Shown in pieces: positions 37,243-48,665 of a stretch of 64,000 nucleotides of DNA. The notes beneath the pieces are model-generated. The model searched no databases, had not been told where the DNA came from, and saw only the letters and a program-made list of their open reading frames with translations. The position numbers and the translations under genes are program-made. How positions within the stretch are numbered: position 1 is the first letter of the stretch; every line of letters begins with the position of its first letter. Source of the DNA: an uncultured Planctomycetaceae bacterium (GTDB lineage: Bacteria > Planctomycetota > Planctomycetia > Planctomycetales > Planctomycetaceae); NCBI GenBank assembly GCA_963813715.1, contig CAWFAK010000013.1, forward strand, positions 32,001 through 96,000, given 5' to 3'.

Positions 37243-38241
37243 ATGGCCCGTTACAGACGACAAGCCGGATTTACGCTGGTCGAACTGCTGGTGGTCATCG
37301 CGATCATCGGCGTGCTGGTCGCCATCCTGTTGCCGGCCGTGCAGGCCGCCCGCGAAGCGTCACGACGCACGCAGTGCCGCAACAACCTGCACCAGATCGG
37401 CATCGCCTTGCACAATTATCACGACACGCACCAGATGTTTCCGCCCGGTTGGATCGGAGTGACGAACTACCAGCCGGACGTCAATGGGTACAGCGGTTTG
37501 GCCTGGTCGTCCCTGATCTTGCCGCAAATCGAGCAAGCGATGGCCGCGTACCAGGCCAAGGTCAAGAACGGTGCGCCGCCTCCCGTGGTTAAGGCGCCGC
37601 CCCTCAGTCTCAACGTGCCGATCACGGATCCCGCCGACGCGACAATGCAGCCCTACGTGATTCCGATCTACCGCTGCCCGAGCGACACCGGCCCGGAAAC
37701 GGTGTCCATCGTCCAGGACCCGAGTAAGACGACCAATCCCAACCTTCCGATGACATTCGCCACCTCGAACTATCTCGGCTCGTTCGGGGCGACAAGTTAT
37801 GAAACGTGCCCTTACGCGGCTAATGTCGGAGACTGCGGCATGAACGCGACTGCTCTCAAGCAGTATCAGCTTTCGCTTGGCGTCTTCCAGCTCAACAGCC
37901 GCGTGACGCTCGGAGACGTGCACGACGGAACCACCAACACGATGATGGTGGGAGAACGCCGCACCAACCTGACTACGAATCCGCAAATCTTCGGAATGTG
38001 GCTCGGCGCGCCTCCGGGAGGAATACAGTCATACGGCCGGGTGCTGGGGTCCTCGGATCAGCCCCCCAACGATCCCGCAAATTCCTTTCAAGCGTACTCG
38101 AGCTACCACGGCAGCACGGTGAATATCCTGCTGGTCGATGGAAGCGTGCAAACGGTCAACAACAGCGTCGACATGAAGTTGTGGCAGGGAACCGCCACCA
38201 TTCGCCAGCAGGACGATAACGTGGTCTTCGGCGCGAACTAG
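37243..38241 (+). CDS. DUF1559 prepilin-type N-methylation protein
   Basis: [65 protein letters not shown]9-DG ([15 protein letters not shown]). Confidence 0.96.
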   Translation: MARYRRQAGFTLVELLVVIAIIGVLVAILLPAVQAAREASRRTQCRNNLHQIGIALHNYHDTHQMFPPGWIGVTNYQPDVNGYSGLAWSSLILPQIEQAMAAYQAKVKNGAPPPVVKAPPLSLNVPITDPADATMQPYVIPIYRCPSDTGPETVSIVQDPSKTTNPNLPMTFATSNYLGSFGATSYETCPYAANVGDCGMNATALKQYQLSLGVFQLNSRVTLGDVHDGTTNTMMVGERRTNLTTNPQIFGMWLGAPPGGIQSYGRVLGSSDQPPNDPANSFQAYSSYHGSTVNILLVDGSVQTVNNSVDMKLWQGTATIRQQDDNVVFGAN

Positions 38242-38286
38242 CGTGGCTCACGCCGCACCATCAGATCGCCCGACGAATCGTCAGCT

Positions 38287-39097
38287 CTAATTGCCCTTAA
38301 ACGCGCCCTGCTGCCGGGCGAGTTCCAGCGGCGAGAGTTTTGTGCCTCCCGCTGCCGGCGTAGCCGGTGCTGCGGCTGGCGGTGCCGCAGCCGGTGCTTT
38401 CGGCGGGGCGGCTGCTGCAGGAGGAGCCGCTTGAGCGGCAGGTGCCGCCGGCGCTGGCGTGCTGAGACAGCCTTCTTTGGCAGCTCCCTGCGCACGGGCC
38501 AGTTCCAGCGGTGAGATCTTCTTTCCCGCCGGTGGAGCGGCCGGCAGACGGAGCAGGCACCTCAGCCTTGGGAACTGCCGCAGGCTTGGCGGCCGGGGCG
38601 ACACCGGCAGCCTTCAGGGCGCCCTGTTGGCGAGCCAACTCCAACGGCGACAGTTTAGCACCGGCGGCAGGAGCTGATCCCGCGGCGGGTGCCGTTGCAG
38701 CGGGAGTTTTGGCCGGCGCGGCTTTGGCTGCGGCTCCGGCGGCCGCTTGCGCACGAGCCATTTCAAGCGGACTCATCCCGGCCGGTTTGGCGCCGGCTGC
38801 GGCAACCGGTTTCGCCGCGGCGGGTGCAGCGGCCTTAGCAGGCGCTTCTTTGCCGTGCTTATCGGGGGCGGCTTTTTTGACGGGAGCGTCGACCACGCTC
38901 AGGTATTGCGGATCGATGTCGTACCAGCTGATGTCGACCGGCCCATCGAACTGCACGAGCGCTCGCCCGCTCATATTCACCGTCTTCACGACGCCCGTCA
39001 GCGTCTCGAACCGCTTCAGCTCGGCGATTCCAGTTTTGACGACGACATATTTGTCCGTCAGCTGAGCTTTCAGCTTTTCAGCGATCTCGATCGACAT
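38287..39097 (-). CDS. hypothetical protein: small beta domain plus Ala/Pro/Lys linkers carrying four SPLE(L/M)AR repeats; apparent frameshift at ~38548
   Basis: ATG 39097 MSIEIAEKLK...; repeats found in ORFs 38297 and 38287. Confidence 0.8.
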
Positions 39098-39314
39098 AAT
39101 TGGCGTCGTTGCGGGGTGAAAAGATGCGGTGCGGCTCACGGTCTGCGGTTCATTCGGGCCGCTTCCGTCTTTTTCGAACAGGACGCATTCTGGGTCAAGC
39201 GAGTGGCGAATTCAAGGCTTCGCGCACGCTCCCCGCAGGGTCACGAATCGGCATTGCCAACGCCTCGGGCCAAAGACTAAAACGCCGCCCCCAATCCCCC
39301 CGAGGCATCCCCCC

Positions 39315-39572
39315 ATGGACGAGCAATCCCTGCCGGCCCCCTTGTCGGCCGTGCATTCGACTCACGCACAGTCGGCTGCCAATGAGTCTGTCGGCAATGC
39401 ACGTAAAGAATTCATCGGCATCCTGATGAAGTGCTGCCGCACGTATGTGCGTGCCTATCTCAACCCCAATGGCGACGCCTTCATCGGTCGCTGCCCGCGC
39501 TGCCTGGCACTCGTGCGAATCGATGTCGTCGAAGAGGGAGGCTCGCCGAACCGGTTTTTCGAGGCTTGGTAG
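39315..39572 (+). CDS. small Cys-containing (putative zinc-binding) protein
   Basis: FIGILMKCCRTYVR.YLN..GDAF.GRCPRC...VR......GS..RFF; GAGG RBS. Confidence 0.75.
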   Translation: MDEQSLPAPLSAVHSTHAQSAANESVGNARKEFIGILMKCCRTYVRAYLNPNGDAFIGRCPRCLALVRIDVVEEGGSPNRFFEAW

Positions 39573-39696
39573 GCGTCTGCAGGCCCGGGAATCATGTTGA
39601 CCGAATTTCCCAAGGCACCTAAACTGCCGCGGCTTTTTCCCACCCCTGGCGACTGACGGCCTCCGCGCGACCCGGCTTTTGGGCTGGCTGCCTCTT

Positions 39697-40944
39697 ATGA
39701 ATCACCCCCCGAAAGACTCCCAAAGCTTGCGGGTGGTGACCTCCGATCCGGATCACCGACCCGAGCTTTTCGACCTTGGGGCGGACGATTCGAGCCAGCG
39801 CCCCGGCCTGGGAGCGATAGTCCCCAGTTGGCTCCTTTCGCTGGTTCTGCACGCGGGACTCTTCGCCGTGCTGGCCGTGTCGCTGCCCGGGCTTCGCGGC
39901 GGAATTGTCGGCGACCCGGACGGTGACCTGAGGGCCGTCGGCATCTGGGTCGGCCACTCGGGTGACGGTACCGATGGCGACGGAAGTGGACACGGCCCAG
40001 CCCATGCAGCGACGGGCGACACGAAATTCGTCCCGATCGACACCAGCGTTCCGCAGGCGCTCCCCCCGGCGACGCCGATCACTGAGCCGCCCGTCAAGAA
40101 CTCGCTCCCCGACATCTCCGCCTCGATCGTTCCGACACCCATCGTTCCAGCGCCGCTCATGCCGACGCCGCCGGTCGCCGCGGCCAGCGCGTTTCACACG
40201 GCGAATCAAGTTCCCGCTTCGCCGATCCTCGGTCCCGGCCCGGCCCCCGAGCGGCCCGGACTGTTTCAAGCGCATTCCCAACCGCGATCGTCGGACGGCA
40301 AACCCGGCTCCGTCGGCAGCGGAGGTGGTCGCCGTGGATCGCGTGGCACCACGCCCTTTTTCGGCATCGTCGACGTCGGCAGCCGCTTCGTTTACGTCAT
40401 CGACTGCTCGGGCAGCATGTACAGCCACGACGCGATGGGCGCCGCCAAGCGCGAACTCTTGCGAAGCCTGCACACGCTCAACCGGTTCCAGCAGTTTCAA
40501 ATCGTCTTCTACGATACCGAACAACGGTGGCTCAAAGTTCCCGGCAACGTCGATTTTCGCTACTTCGCGGCCGACGAAAAGAATCTGCGGCACGCCGCCG
40601 AGTTCAGCGCGGAGATCGAACCGAACGGAGGGACGGTGCACCTGGCCGCTCTCGAGCTGGCGCTGCGGCTGCATCCCGACGTGGTCTTTTTTCTCACGGA
40701 TGGCGGCAAACCGGGCCTGTCGCCGTCCGACTTGGAGGAGTTGAAGCGGCTCGACGGACGACGCACGCGAATCCATTGCGTCCAATTCCGCTCGGAAGAC
40801 GATCCCGACGCCGCCCTGGCGACCGACTTCCTCCGCAAGCTGGCCGACCAGAACGACGGCCAATACGTCTGCCGCGACGTCTCCCGCTTCGACGCACCGA
40901 GCACGGCCCGCAAGCTCGACCGATCCTCCGGCGAGGAGCACTGA
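39697..40944 (+). CDS. membrane-anchored vWA-domain protein
   Basis: SWLLSLVLHA TonB-like anchor, Pro-rich linker, FVYVIDCSGSM (MIDAS), VVFFLTDG. Confidence 0.85.
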   Translation: MNHPPKDSQSLRVVTSDPDHRPELFDLGADDSSQRPGLGAIVPSWLLSLVLHAGLFAVLAVSLPGLRGGIVGDPDGDLRAVGIWVGHSGDGTDGDGSGHGPAHAATGDTKFVPIDTSVPQALPPATPITEPPVKNSLPDISASIVPTPIVPAPLMPTPPVAAASAFHTANQVPASPILGPGPAPERPGLFQAHSQPRSSDGKPGSVGSGGGRRGSRGTTPFFGIVDVGSRFVYVIDCSGSMYSHDAMGAAKRELLRSLHTLNRFQQFQIVFYDTEQRWLKVPGNVDFRYFAADEKNLRHAAEFSAEIEPNGGTVHLAALELALRLHPDVVFFLTDGGKPGLSPSDLEELKRLDGRRTRIHCVQFRSEDDPDAALATDFLRKLADQNDGQYVCRDVSRFDAPSTARKLDRSSGEEH

Positions 40945-40947
40945 ACG

Positions 40948-41805
40948 ATGTCTCCCCTGCGACGACGCGGCTCCGACTCGAATCGCCTGCGAACGGCTCG
41001 TTACGGCCTGCTCGCGGCGCTGGCTCTCGCACTCTTCCCGGCGATCGCGCGGGCCGAAGGGCCGCTCCCGCCGGGATTCGCGAATCTCGACTTTCGCAAA
41101 CTGCTGGAGGCCGGCGGCGGCGTGGGCGTGGTCATCGGCGCGCTCAGCGTCGGCATGGCCGCCCTGGTGTTCGAATATCTGATCTCGCTGCGTCGCGGGG
41201 CGACTATTCCGCGGCAATTGGCCGAACGGCTCCAGGAGCTGATCACGCAGAAACAGTTCAAGCAGGCCGCCGACGAATGCCGTGACAATGGCAGTCTGCT
41301 GGCGCACGTGATCGGCGCCGGCCTGGGCGAGGTCGACGCCGGCTATGCGGCCGTCGAAAAGGCGATGGAAGACGCCTGCGCCCAGCACGCCGGCCGGCTT
41401 TATCGCAAGATCGACTATCTGTCGGTCATCGGCACGCTCTCCCCGATGCTCGGACTGCTGGGGACCGTGTGGGGCATGATGCTGGCGTTCTCCGAATTCG
41501 CGTCGAAGGCCAACGTCGCTGTGACAGAACTGGCCCCCGGCATCTCGACGGCCCTCGTGACCACGCTGCTCGGTCTGGCGGTCGCAATTCCCGCGTACGC
41601 CGCGTACGCCTACTTCCGCAACCGCGTCGACGAGGCGGTTGCCAACTGCTCGCAGGTCGCCGACCACATCTTCTTTGAGTATCGCCGCGACCAGGCCGCC
41701 CGCCGCCGCAAGTTCCGCGCCCTGCAGCTCAAGGCGCGAAACGAGCGCGAGCGCCTGCGACCCGCCTTCCCTCCGGTGGCCATCGAACGGGAGAAGTCGG
41801 CATGA
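40948..41805 (+). CDS. exbB: MotA/TolQ/ExbB proton-channel protein
   Basis: IGTLSPMLGLLGTVWGM, LAPGISTALVTTLLGLAVAIPA. Confidence 0.92.
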   Translation: MSPLRRRGSDSNRLRTARYGLLAALALALFPAIARAEGPLPPGFANLDFRKLLEAGGGVGVVIGALSVGMAALVFEYLISLRRGATIPRQLAERLQELITQKQFKQAADECRDNGSLLAHVIGAGLGEVDAGYAAVEKAMEDACAQHAGRLYRKIDYLSVIGTLSPMLGLLGTVWGMMLAFSEFASKANVAVTELAPGISTALVTTLLGLAVAIPAYAAYAYFRNRVDEAVANCSQVADHIFFEYRRDQAARRRKFRALQLKARNERERLRPAFPPVAIEREKSA

Positions 41806-42217
41806 GGCCTCCCGTCCGCCATCGCGAGTCGGGCGTGAAGTTCAACATCACGCCGCTGATCGACATCGTCTTCAATCTGATCGTCTTCTTCGCGCTGGCC
41901 AGCCTGTACGTGCGCAAGGAGACGGCCCAGCCGGTCGCCTTGCCGGCCGCCCGCCAGTTCGACGCGAACGAACAATCCGCCTCGCGACGCCTGACAATCA
42001 CGCTCGGCCCGGACCGCCGGATCTTCGTCGCCGGCGAGCAAGTCGCGGCGGCCGACGTCGAACGATTGCTCGTCGAACGCGCCGGCAGCGAGCCAGCGAC
42101 CCTGGACGTTCGCCTGCGCGCCGACCGCACCGTCCCCTTCGCTGACGTCAAGCCGATGATCATCGCCTGCGCCAGCACGGGATCACCAATCTTCGCGTGG
42201 CCGTCGAAGGGAAATAG
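41802..42217 (+). CDS. exbD: ExbD/TolR protein, apparent frameshift at ~42172 (restored end ..HGITNLRVAVEGK*)
   Basis: FNITPLIDIVFNLIVFF, V.LRAD..VP. Confidence 0.87.
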
Positions 42218-42225
42218 GACAGACG

Positions 42226-42690
42226 ATGCGGGTGGCCAAGGTCCGACCGAGCGGTCCGGTGTGCGACTTCGATCGCACGGTGACCCCGATGGTCGACGTC
42301 GTATTCCAGTTGCTCGTCTTTTTCGTGCTGGCCTCCAGCGGCCGCATCGCCGAGCGAACTCTCTCGACGACGCTGTCAGCGGGCGCCGTGGGATCGACCG
42401 CCCCGCTGACAACTCCCGCCGTCGAACGCGCCCCGGAACTCTGGCTGCACCTCCGCCGCGACGCCGCCGACACGCACACGGAGGTCCGCATCAACGACGG
42501 TCCGACTGGCGACGTCGGGATCCTGCCGCAGACGCTCCGCTCCGCCAAAGGGATCGACGCTGCGAGCAACGTGATTCTCGACGTGCAGGGAAAAATCCCC
42601 TGGGGCGACGTGATCGCCGTCTACGACGCGTGCCGCGCGGCCAAATTCCACGCCATCAACTTCGCGGCTGCGCCGAACGAGCTGCGCTGA
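42226..42690 (+). CDS. exbD: second ExbD/TolR protein
   Basis: TPMVDVVFQLLVFFV; IPWGDVIAVYDACR.A....INFA. Confidence 0.87.
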   Translation: MRVAKVRPSGPVCDFDRTVTPMVDVVFQLLVFFVLASSGRIAERTLSTTLSAGAVGSTAPLTTPAVERAPELWLHLRRDAADTHTEVRINDGPTGDVGILPQTLRSAKGIDAASNVILDVQGKIPWGDVIAVYDACRAAKFHAINFAAAPNELR

Positions 42691-42714
42691 CCTCGGCGGA
42701 TGAAACGGACGTCG

Positions 42715-44183
42715 TCATTGTGGTGATCCCGCGCCCGTGGAACGGGACCGCCACCCCCAAACCTGCTGCGGGCTCCAAGCGGCAGAGTTCCAATCCACTT
42801 CGTCATTCACCCAGTGCAAGTAGGATCGGCGAATGAGAAACACGCCGGCCAGAGCCAGGGCCGACGACGCGATCGCGAAACCGTGGCCCGACAGCGGCAT
42901 GGGAACGAGCGCGAACGAACCGATCACGCCGCATAACCCGAAATAGCACACGTAGACGAAGGCCGTGCGATAAGGCCACGTCACGATGCCGAAGAGCGTC
43001 AGCACACAACTGAGAGAAAAGAGCGCCGGGCGCCACAGGTCCTCGATCGAGGGACCCTCCTGCTTCAGGATCCAGCACGTCAGGACGGCCCCGGCCAGGA
43101 TTGATACCCAGCACAAGAACGTCGCCATCGCTAAAGCCGCGCCGACGGCCCGCACGTGCTCGCTGCGTGATTGCGGTCGCAACAGTTCCTGCATCAGCAA
43201 CGGACGATTCTGTCCCAGCACACCGACAACGGGGATGACTGCCAGATAAGGAAGGCTCGGGGAGCCGATCAGGTCCCGAACTGAAAAATGCCAGAGGAAC
43301 ATTGCTACGAAACCGGCCGTGGCACCGAAGCAGAGACCCGTCACGGCCGCCATCCAGAGCGTGCCCCATGCCGCATGCCAGTGTCGGGCGCGCCAGAGCA
43401 AATTCGCGGGGGCTCGCGCGCGACGCCGCGCCAATAGCGAATGTCTCCGAGGGGGGGCCCGAGTACTAGCACTCGGGTCGCTCCCGGCGAGACGCCAGCT
43501 TGGATGCGGAGATGAAACTCGCGCATCTCTTCGTTGAACCGCCCCAGGCGCATTCCCACGCTCACCAGGCAGCCGATCGCGACGACGAGCACGACAATGG
43601 TGACTTCCGTCGAAGGCGGCCAGATCAAGGCCCGACCTTGCCGGGCCACCACCAGGCCCGGCATGACGATGACCATCACCACCAGCGTTTCCGGCCGCCA
43701 ATGAGCCAGGAACGCCGGGATTGCCAGCATCGCCAGCAGGTACGCGGCAACGGCGAGCGGAGGGACCCCCAGCCCGGGCCCGCAGCAGATCGCCAGCGAG
43801 AGCACACCGATCACGCCTGCGATCATCAGCCCGGCAAGCGTCAGGTGCGTCTGCCGCAGCCCGGGAACGAGGGGCGAAGTGGGAGCCCCCAACATGGTTT
43901 TCAGATGGATGCTCAGGCCGGTGCCCACAAAGCTCAGTAAGATGAATGAGTAAAAGCCCATGAAACCGCTTACGACCGTGAGCTGCACTTCCCTCACTTT
44001 CGGCGCCAGCTCCTCCCGCATCTGATTTTGCACGGACTCCGGAGCGTCCGGCACTTGATGGAGGACGCGCGAGAGGAAGATCATGAGCCCCAGCATCACG
44101 AGCCACCCGCCGGCTGCGATCAGCACAACCAGAAAAGCGGGGCGTCGATAGGTTCGTAAGGCCGCCCGGTAGCGATTACGCAC
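42715..44183 (-). CDS. ABC transporter permease-like membrane protein, apparent frameshift at ~43480
   Basis: Hydrophobic halves in ORFs 43341..44183 and 42715..; start overlaps the ATPase stop. Confidence 0.65.
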
Positions 44184-45055
44184 GCGTCACCTCGAGGAAG
44201 ATGTCCTCCAGGCTGAGATCTTCGACGTCGACCGCGACCGACCATCGGCTTTCGAGATCGCGAATCATTTCGGGCGATGCGTTGGGGACGCTGACGAGGG
44301 CTTCCTGCCGTTGCGCTCCAGTCGCAACGATCCGGGCACCGAGAACCCGGCGCGGCAACGGGGTGCGCGAGGTGACGTGCAGCCGCTTGACTCGCTCTTT
44401 AAGCCGGTCGAGCTCTTCGTCGACGGCGATCGCGCCGCCTTCGAGGATCACGATCCGCTCGGCGATCCGCTCGAGGTCCGAGGTGATGTGCGTCGAGAAG
44501 AGGACGGTGCGCCCCCGGCCGACGAGATCAAGGACCGTGCGGACGAAGCTGCGTCGTGCTTCCGGGTCGAGGGCCGCCGCGGGCTCGTCGAGCACGAGCA
44601 GATCGGGCTCGTGGCCGATGGCTAGGAGGATGCTCAGCTTTTGCTGCTGTCCGACTGACAAGGGGCCGACCTTATCGGACGGATTGAGGCCCCAGTCGTT
44701 TCGCAGCCGCTCGATCAGATCGTCGTTCCAGTGTGGATAAAACGAGGCCTGATAGTCGATGATCTGGCCGACCCTCATCCACGGATAGAGGGCCGGCGTT
44801 TGCGGGACATAGCCGATGCGGGCCTTTGCCTCGCCGCTGAGGGTCCAGGCGGGCTCGCCAAACACTTGCATGTCTCCCGATTGCGGCTTGAGCAAGCCCG
44901 AGCGCGCACTTGAGCAGCGTCGTTTTGCCGGTGCCGTTTTTCCCGAGCAGGCCGATGACCGAGCCGGGAGCGACGGCCAGCGAGACGTTGTTGAGCACCG
45001 TCTTCAGATCGAACGACTTGGAGACGTTATTGAGAGTGAGGACGAACTCGCTCAT
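44176..45055 (-). CDS. ABC transporter ATP-binding protein (YtrB-like), apparent frameshift at ~44900
   Basis: GKNGTGKTT, LSVGQ, LLVLDEP, STH. Confidence 0.92.
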
Positions 45056-45450
45056 GGTGACGTTCCTCGAATGCTGCGTTGACCAAGCGCACAGATGTCT
45101 TCGGGCGAGAGGCCGGCCGCCCGACCCCGTTTGACGAGCCGCCGCACCAGGCGGACGACCTCGTCGCGATCGGCGGACTGCCGCTGCCGCACGGTCCGCC
45201 CGACGACGCGCATGCCGTGCCCGCGGACTAGCTCGACCACTCCGTCCCGCTCCAAGAGCGAATAGGCCTTGGAGACCGTCATCGGATTAACGGCCAGCTC
45301 GCCGGCCACTTGCCGGACGGAAGGCAGAAAGTCCCCGTCGGTCAGCCGGCCGGTCGCGATCTGCGCCCGAACCTGGTCGAAAATCTGCCGGTAAATCGGC
45401 ACGCCGGAGCTCGGCGCAACATGAAACCGAAACCGCCCGTCGGTTGGCAT
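45052..45450 (-). CDS. GntR-family regulator, YtrA subfamily
   Basis: PIYRQI...V...I..G.L..GD.LPSVRQ.A..L.VNPMTV.KAY..L; short C-terminal helix; ABC genes follow. Confidence 0.92.
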   Translation of the reverse strand: MPTDGRFRFHVAPSSGVPIYRQIFDQVRAQIATGRLTDGDFLPSVRQVAGELAVNPMTVSKAYSLLERDGVVELVRGHGMRVVGRTVRQRQSADRDEVVRLVRRLVKRGRAAGLSPEDICALGQRSIRGTSP

Positions 45451-45488
45451 ATGTGTATCATAGTATCAATACACATACGGGCTGGCAA
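45450..45488 (-). promoter_or_regulatory. sigma70 promoter overlapped by a YtrA-type operator
   Basis: Minus strand TTGCCA-17-TACTAT; perfect inverted repeat TATGTGTAT-N10-ATACACATA (45450-45477) abutting the ATG. Confidence 0.8.
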
Positions 45489-45588
45489 CTGGGCTCTTCA
45501 GGACGATCTAACTCCGCGGTGAAACATCGGGTAAGGGCACTCGCTGAGCGAGCTCAGCAGTGGCACACAGGACGGGGTTTCCCCGGTC

Positions 45589-47495
45589 TCAGGCACGCCG
45601 GATGAAGTGGGCGGCGAAGCTGCGGATTTGGCGGCCGTTGAGGACGTGGAACATTCGCAGCTGTTGGATTGTCGCCTGGCTGAAGCGGCTGAGCGGGATG
45701 TGGACGAGCTTGCGGCGGTATTTGCGCCAGGCGGCGGATGCCGGGGCCCGGCGGTGCGGCGCTCAGCAGGGCGACGTGTTTTTCGCGGCTGTAAAAACAG
45801 CCGGCGGCGATCAGACGCTCTTCGAGCGTGTCGGTGAAATCGAAACGGCGGTCACGCCAGACGTCGCGGATGGGCCGCGGCGGGAAGAGGAACATCGCTC
45901 CGCCGTAGGTCGCCAGCGCGATCCCCGGGCCGATCGTCTCCTTCCCGAAATCGGTGGCGTAGAACGACAGGGTCGATTCGTCGTGGCTTTCGGCGTGCCA
46001 GGTGATCCGCCAGGGATAGTCGCGGGGATCGGCCGGCGCATCGAAGAGCATGATCACGCAATCGAGGTTTCCGCGCGCGGGCGGAAAAATCTTTACGTAA
46101 AGTTCGCCCGTGTGCCAGTTCCGCAACGTCTCGCGGAGGTCGAGCCCGTCCTTGAGACTCGTGGAGAACTTTTCCGTGCGGGCCAGGTCGTTGCCCAAGA
46201 GCGCGAGCGCCGCGTCTTTGACGTGCGTGCGGAACCGCTCGATGGCGACGTCTTCCGGCGGCCAGCTGCATTGGCTATACGGATTCCATTGCATCCGCCA
46301 TTTGAGCTGATCGGGGCGCGGCGGTCGGGGTCGCAGCTCGCAGCGCCGCCAGACGACCGCCTGGCCGGGAAGCCGATTCTTCATTGTCACAATTTCGCCG
46401 TCGGGCAACCGCGCCTGATTGATGCCCATCTGCATCCGGGCGAAGGGAGCCGGACCGGCGTCGAGATACTCGCGGGCCGTCTCGGCGACGTGCAGGGCAA
46501 ACTGGTCGCCGAAGACTTGCTGGGCCGCCGTCACCAGCGAGTACAAATCGGGCGTCATCCGCCGCTCGACGAGAGACAAGTTGCGGACGTACTGGAAATA
46601 GACCGAGAGGAGCTTGGGTGTGACCGCGCGGGCCAACGACTTGAGATCGCTGGCATAGCGATCGCGGGCTGCCAGCACGAGCGACTTGATGCCGTCGATC
46701 GACAGGTTCTCGTCGTCGTCCAGGTTGGCACGGGCCCGCTCGTACTCCGCGGTGACGAAGGGCAGCTCGCCCAGGAAAAATGCCAGCGTCGCCGCCTGCA
46801 CGGAGACGATCCGCGTCGGCTCGACGAAGTCTTCTTCTTCGTCGAGCGGGCGGCCGTCGCGGTAGGCGTCGCGAATCCAGGGCCAGTCCATCAGCGAGCA
46901 GAGAAACAGAATCGACGAGTGCCGGCGACTCCAACTCGCGGAGCCGGGCGGCCATCGTGAGGCAGCGGTGCCGATGCTGCACGCGCCGCGGCGGTCCGAT
47001 CGCCGGCAGCACGGCCGCGGCGAACCGCTCCACCGAGACACGTTTGAGCGCGTACGGGTCGGGCAGCACGGCCGTTTGCGGCTCGAAGGTTGCCGTCTCT
47101 CGATCGACGAACGCCCGCGGGATTTGTTCCTGCAGGGCGAATCGCAGCCCGGCAATCACCCCCTGGCACGGATCGATGGGGACGTAGCTACACGACGGCC
47201 CGGCTTCTGCCGCCGGTTCCTCTGCCTCGGCGTCCTCGTCCGTGAAGGCATCGTCGGCCGCAGGCTCGTCCTCCGAAACAAAACGCGATTCGTCCTGCAG
47301 CACGGCCGAGATCGACGGCAACACCTCGACGGCCCGCTCGACGTCGGCCTGAAACGACGGGGGCAACGGCACCGCCAGGCAATCAAAGTCGGTGGCCAAC
47401 AATCGCCGCCGCACTTCGATCGCATAATCGCCGCTGCCATGAATGATGGGCAAACAGGCAATCTTGGGACTGATGCGGAGAAAGTCGGAACTCAT
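45589..47495 (-). CDS. conserved hypothetical partner of the MoxR-like ATPase, apparent frameshifts at ~46915 and ~45722
   Basis: LPIIHGSGD.A.EVRR...FDCLAVPLP, DP.Q..IAGLR.A, CSWPPED..IE, GLDLRETLRNWH; restored end ..RSFAAHFIRRA*. Confidence 0.78.
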
Positions 47496-47533
47496 TTTGG
47501 CTCAGAGAAAGCTCGTGCGGCCGGGCCTCGCCC

Positions 47534-48508
47534 CTATTCTTCGTCGTCCTCTTCATCGTCATCGTCCTCTTCATCCTCGTCGTAATCGGGATTCAGGGGA
47601 TCGTCGGGGGAGAAGAAGAAGTCACCCAGACCCATCGGGACCGCGTTGCTGCCCAGCTGGCGGGCCTTACGTTCAGCGAGCGAGTCGAGGTCGAGGGCGT
47701 CTTCGCCCAGGCACTTGGCCAAAGATTCTCGCCAGGCCTGGTCCTTGCCGAGCGGATGCTTGGGATCCTGTGCGATCCGCTTGAGGGCGTAGCGCAGCAC
47801 GTTGATGCCGTCGCGCGACGAGAAATCGAGCTTGAGCTGGTGGGCGTTCTGCAGGAACTCGACCGTCAGGTTGAGCATCTCCGCGTCGGAGAACGGCAGG
47901 TGATAGCGGAGGATGGCCAACTCGTCCTCACGATTGGGATGCGACAACCCGAGCGTCGGCTGCAGGCGGCTTTGGATGTAGTCGGGGATCTCGAACGTCG
48001 ACTCGTCTTCGTTCATCGTCACCGCGCAGCGAAACTCGCGATGGGCGGGAATCACGATCCCGGCGACGATCGATTCAACGTAGCGGCGATGGTCCAGGAG
48101 CGGCGCCAGGCTCGCCCACGACTTCTCGTTCATGCGGTTGCCTTCGTCCAGAAGGCAGATGCCGCCTTGAATCATCGCCGAGACGAGGGGCGAAGCGTGG
48201 TACTTGATGGTGCCGCTCTCGGCGAGGACGGGCGTCACCAGCAAGTCTTCCGGGCGCGTGTCGGCCGTGCACTGATACACGTAAAGCGACTGCTGGCGCT
48301 CGCGCGAAGCGGCAATTGCCAGCGTCGTTTTGCCGATGCCCGGCGGACCCATCAGCCGCGGCGTCAGCGGCAGGTCTTTTTCATCGACCACCAACCAGCA
48401 GGCCAGGATCTGTTTGAGGATTTCCCGCTGCCCGATCCAGGTCCCCTCCGAACGGTCGGGGGAGCCGAGATGCAGGCGAACGCCGTCGATTTCGTGGATC
48501 TGACTCAT
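47534..48508 (-). CDS. MoxR-like AAA+ ATPase with an acidic tail
   Basis: GPPGIGKTT Walker [20 protein letters not shown] Walker B, TMN sensor 1, SRL; tail [17 protein letters not shown]. Confidence 0.9.
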   Translation of the reverse strand: MSQIHEIDGVRLHLGSPDRSEGTWIGQREILKQILACWLVVDEKDLPLTPRLMGPPGIGKTTLAIAASRERQQSLYVYQCTADTRPEDLLVTPVLAESGTIKYHASPLVSAMIQGGICLLDEGNRMNEKSWASLAPLLDHRRYVESIVAGIVIPAHREFRCAVTMNEDESTFEIPDYIQSRLQPTLGLSHPNREDELAILRYHLPFSDAEMLNLTVEFLQNAHQLKLDFSSRDGINVLRYALKRIAQDPKHPLGKDQAWRESLAKCLGEDALDLDSLAERKARQLGSNAVPMGLGDFFFSPDDPLNPDYDEDEEDDDDEEDDEE

Positions 48509-48665
48509 CTTAGTTCCGCAGAGTGTGTCCCGCAGAGATTATCGAGCGACAGCGTCGGCATCGAAAGGAGCGGCTCGGACGTGCGCGGGAAGGTTTTTCG
48601 CTCGAAGCACCCAGGTGGCGTGGACCGTCGGACCTTTCGGCTCAGGTCATGGGGGCGTCCTTCGG

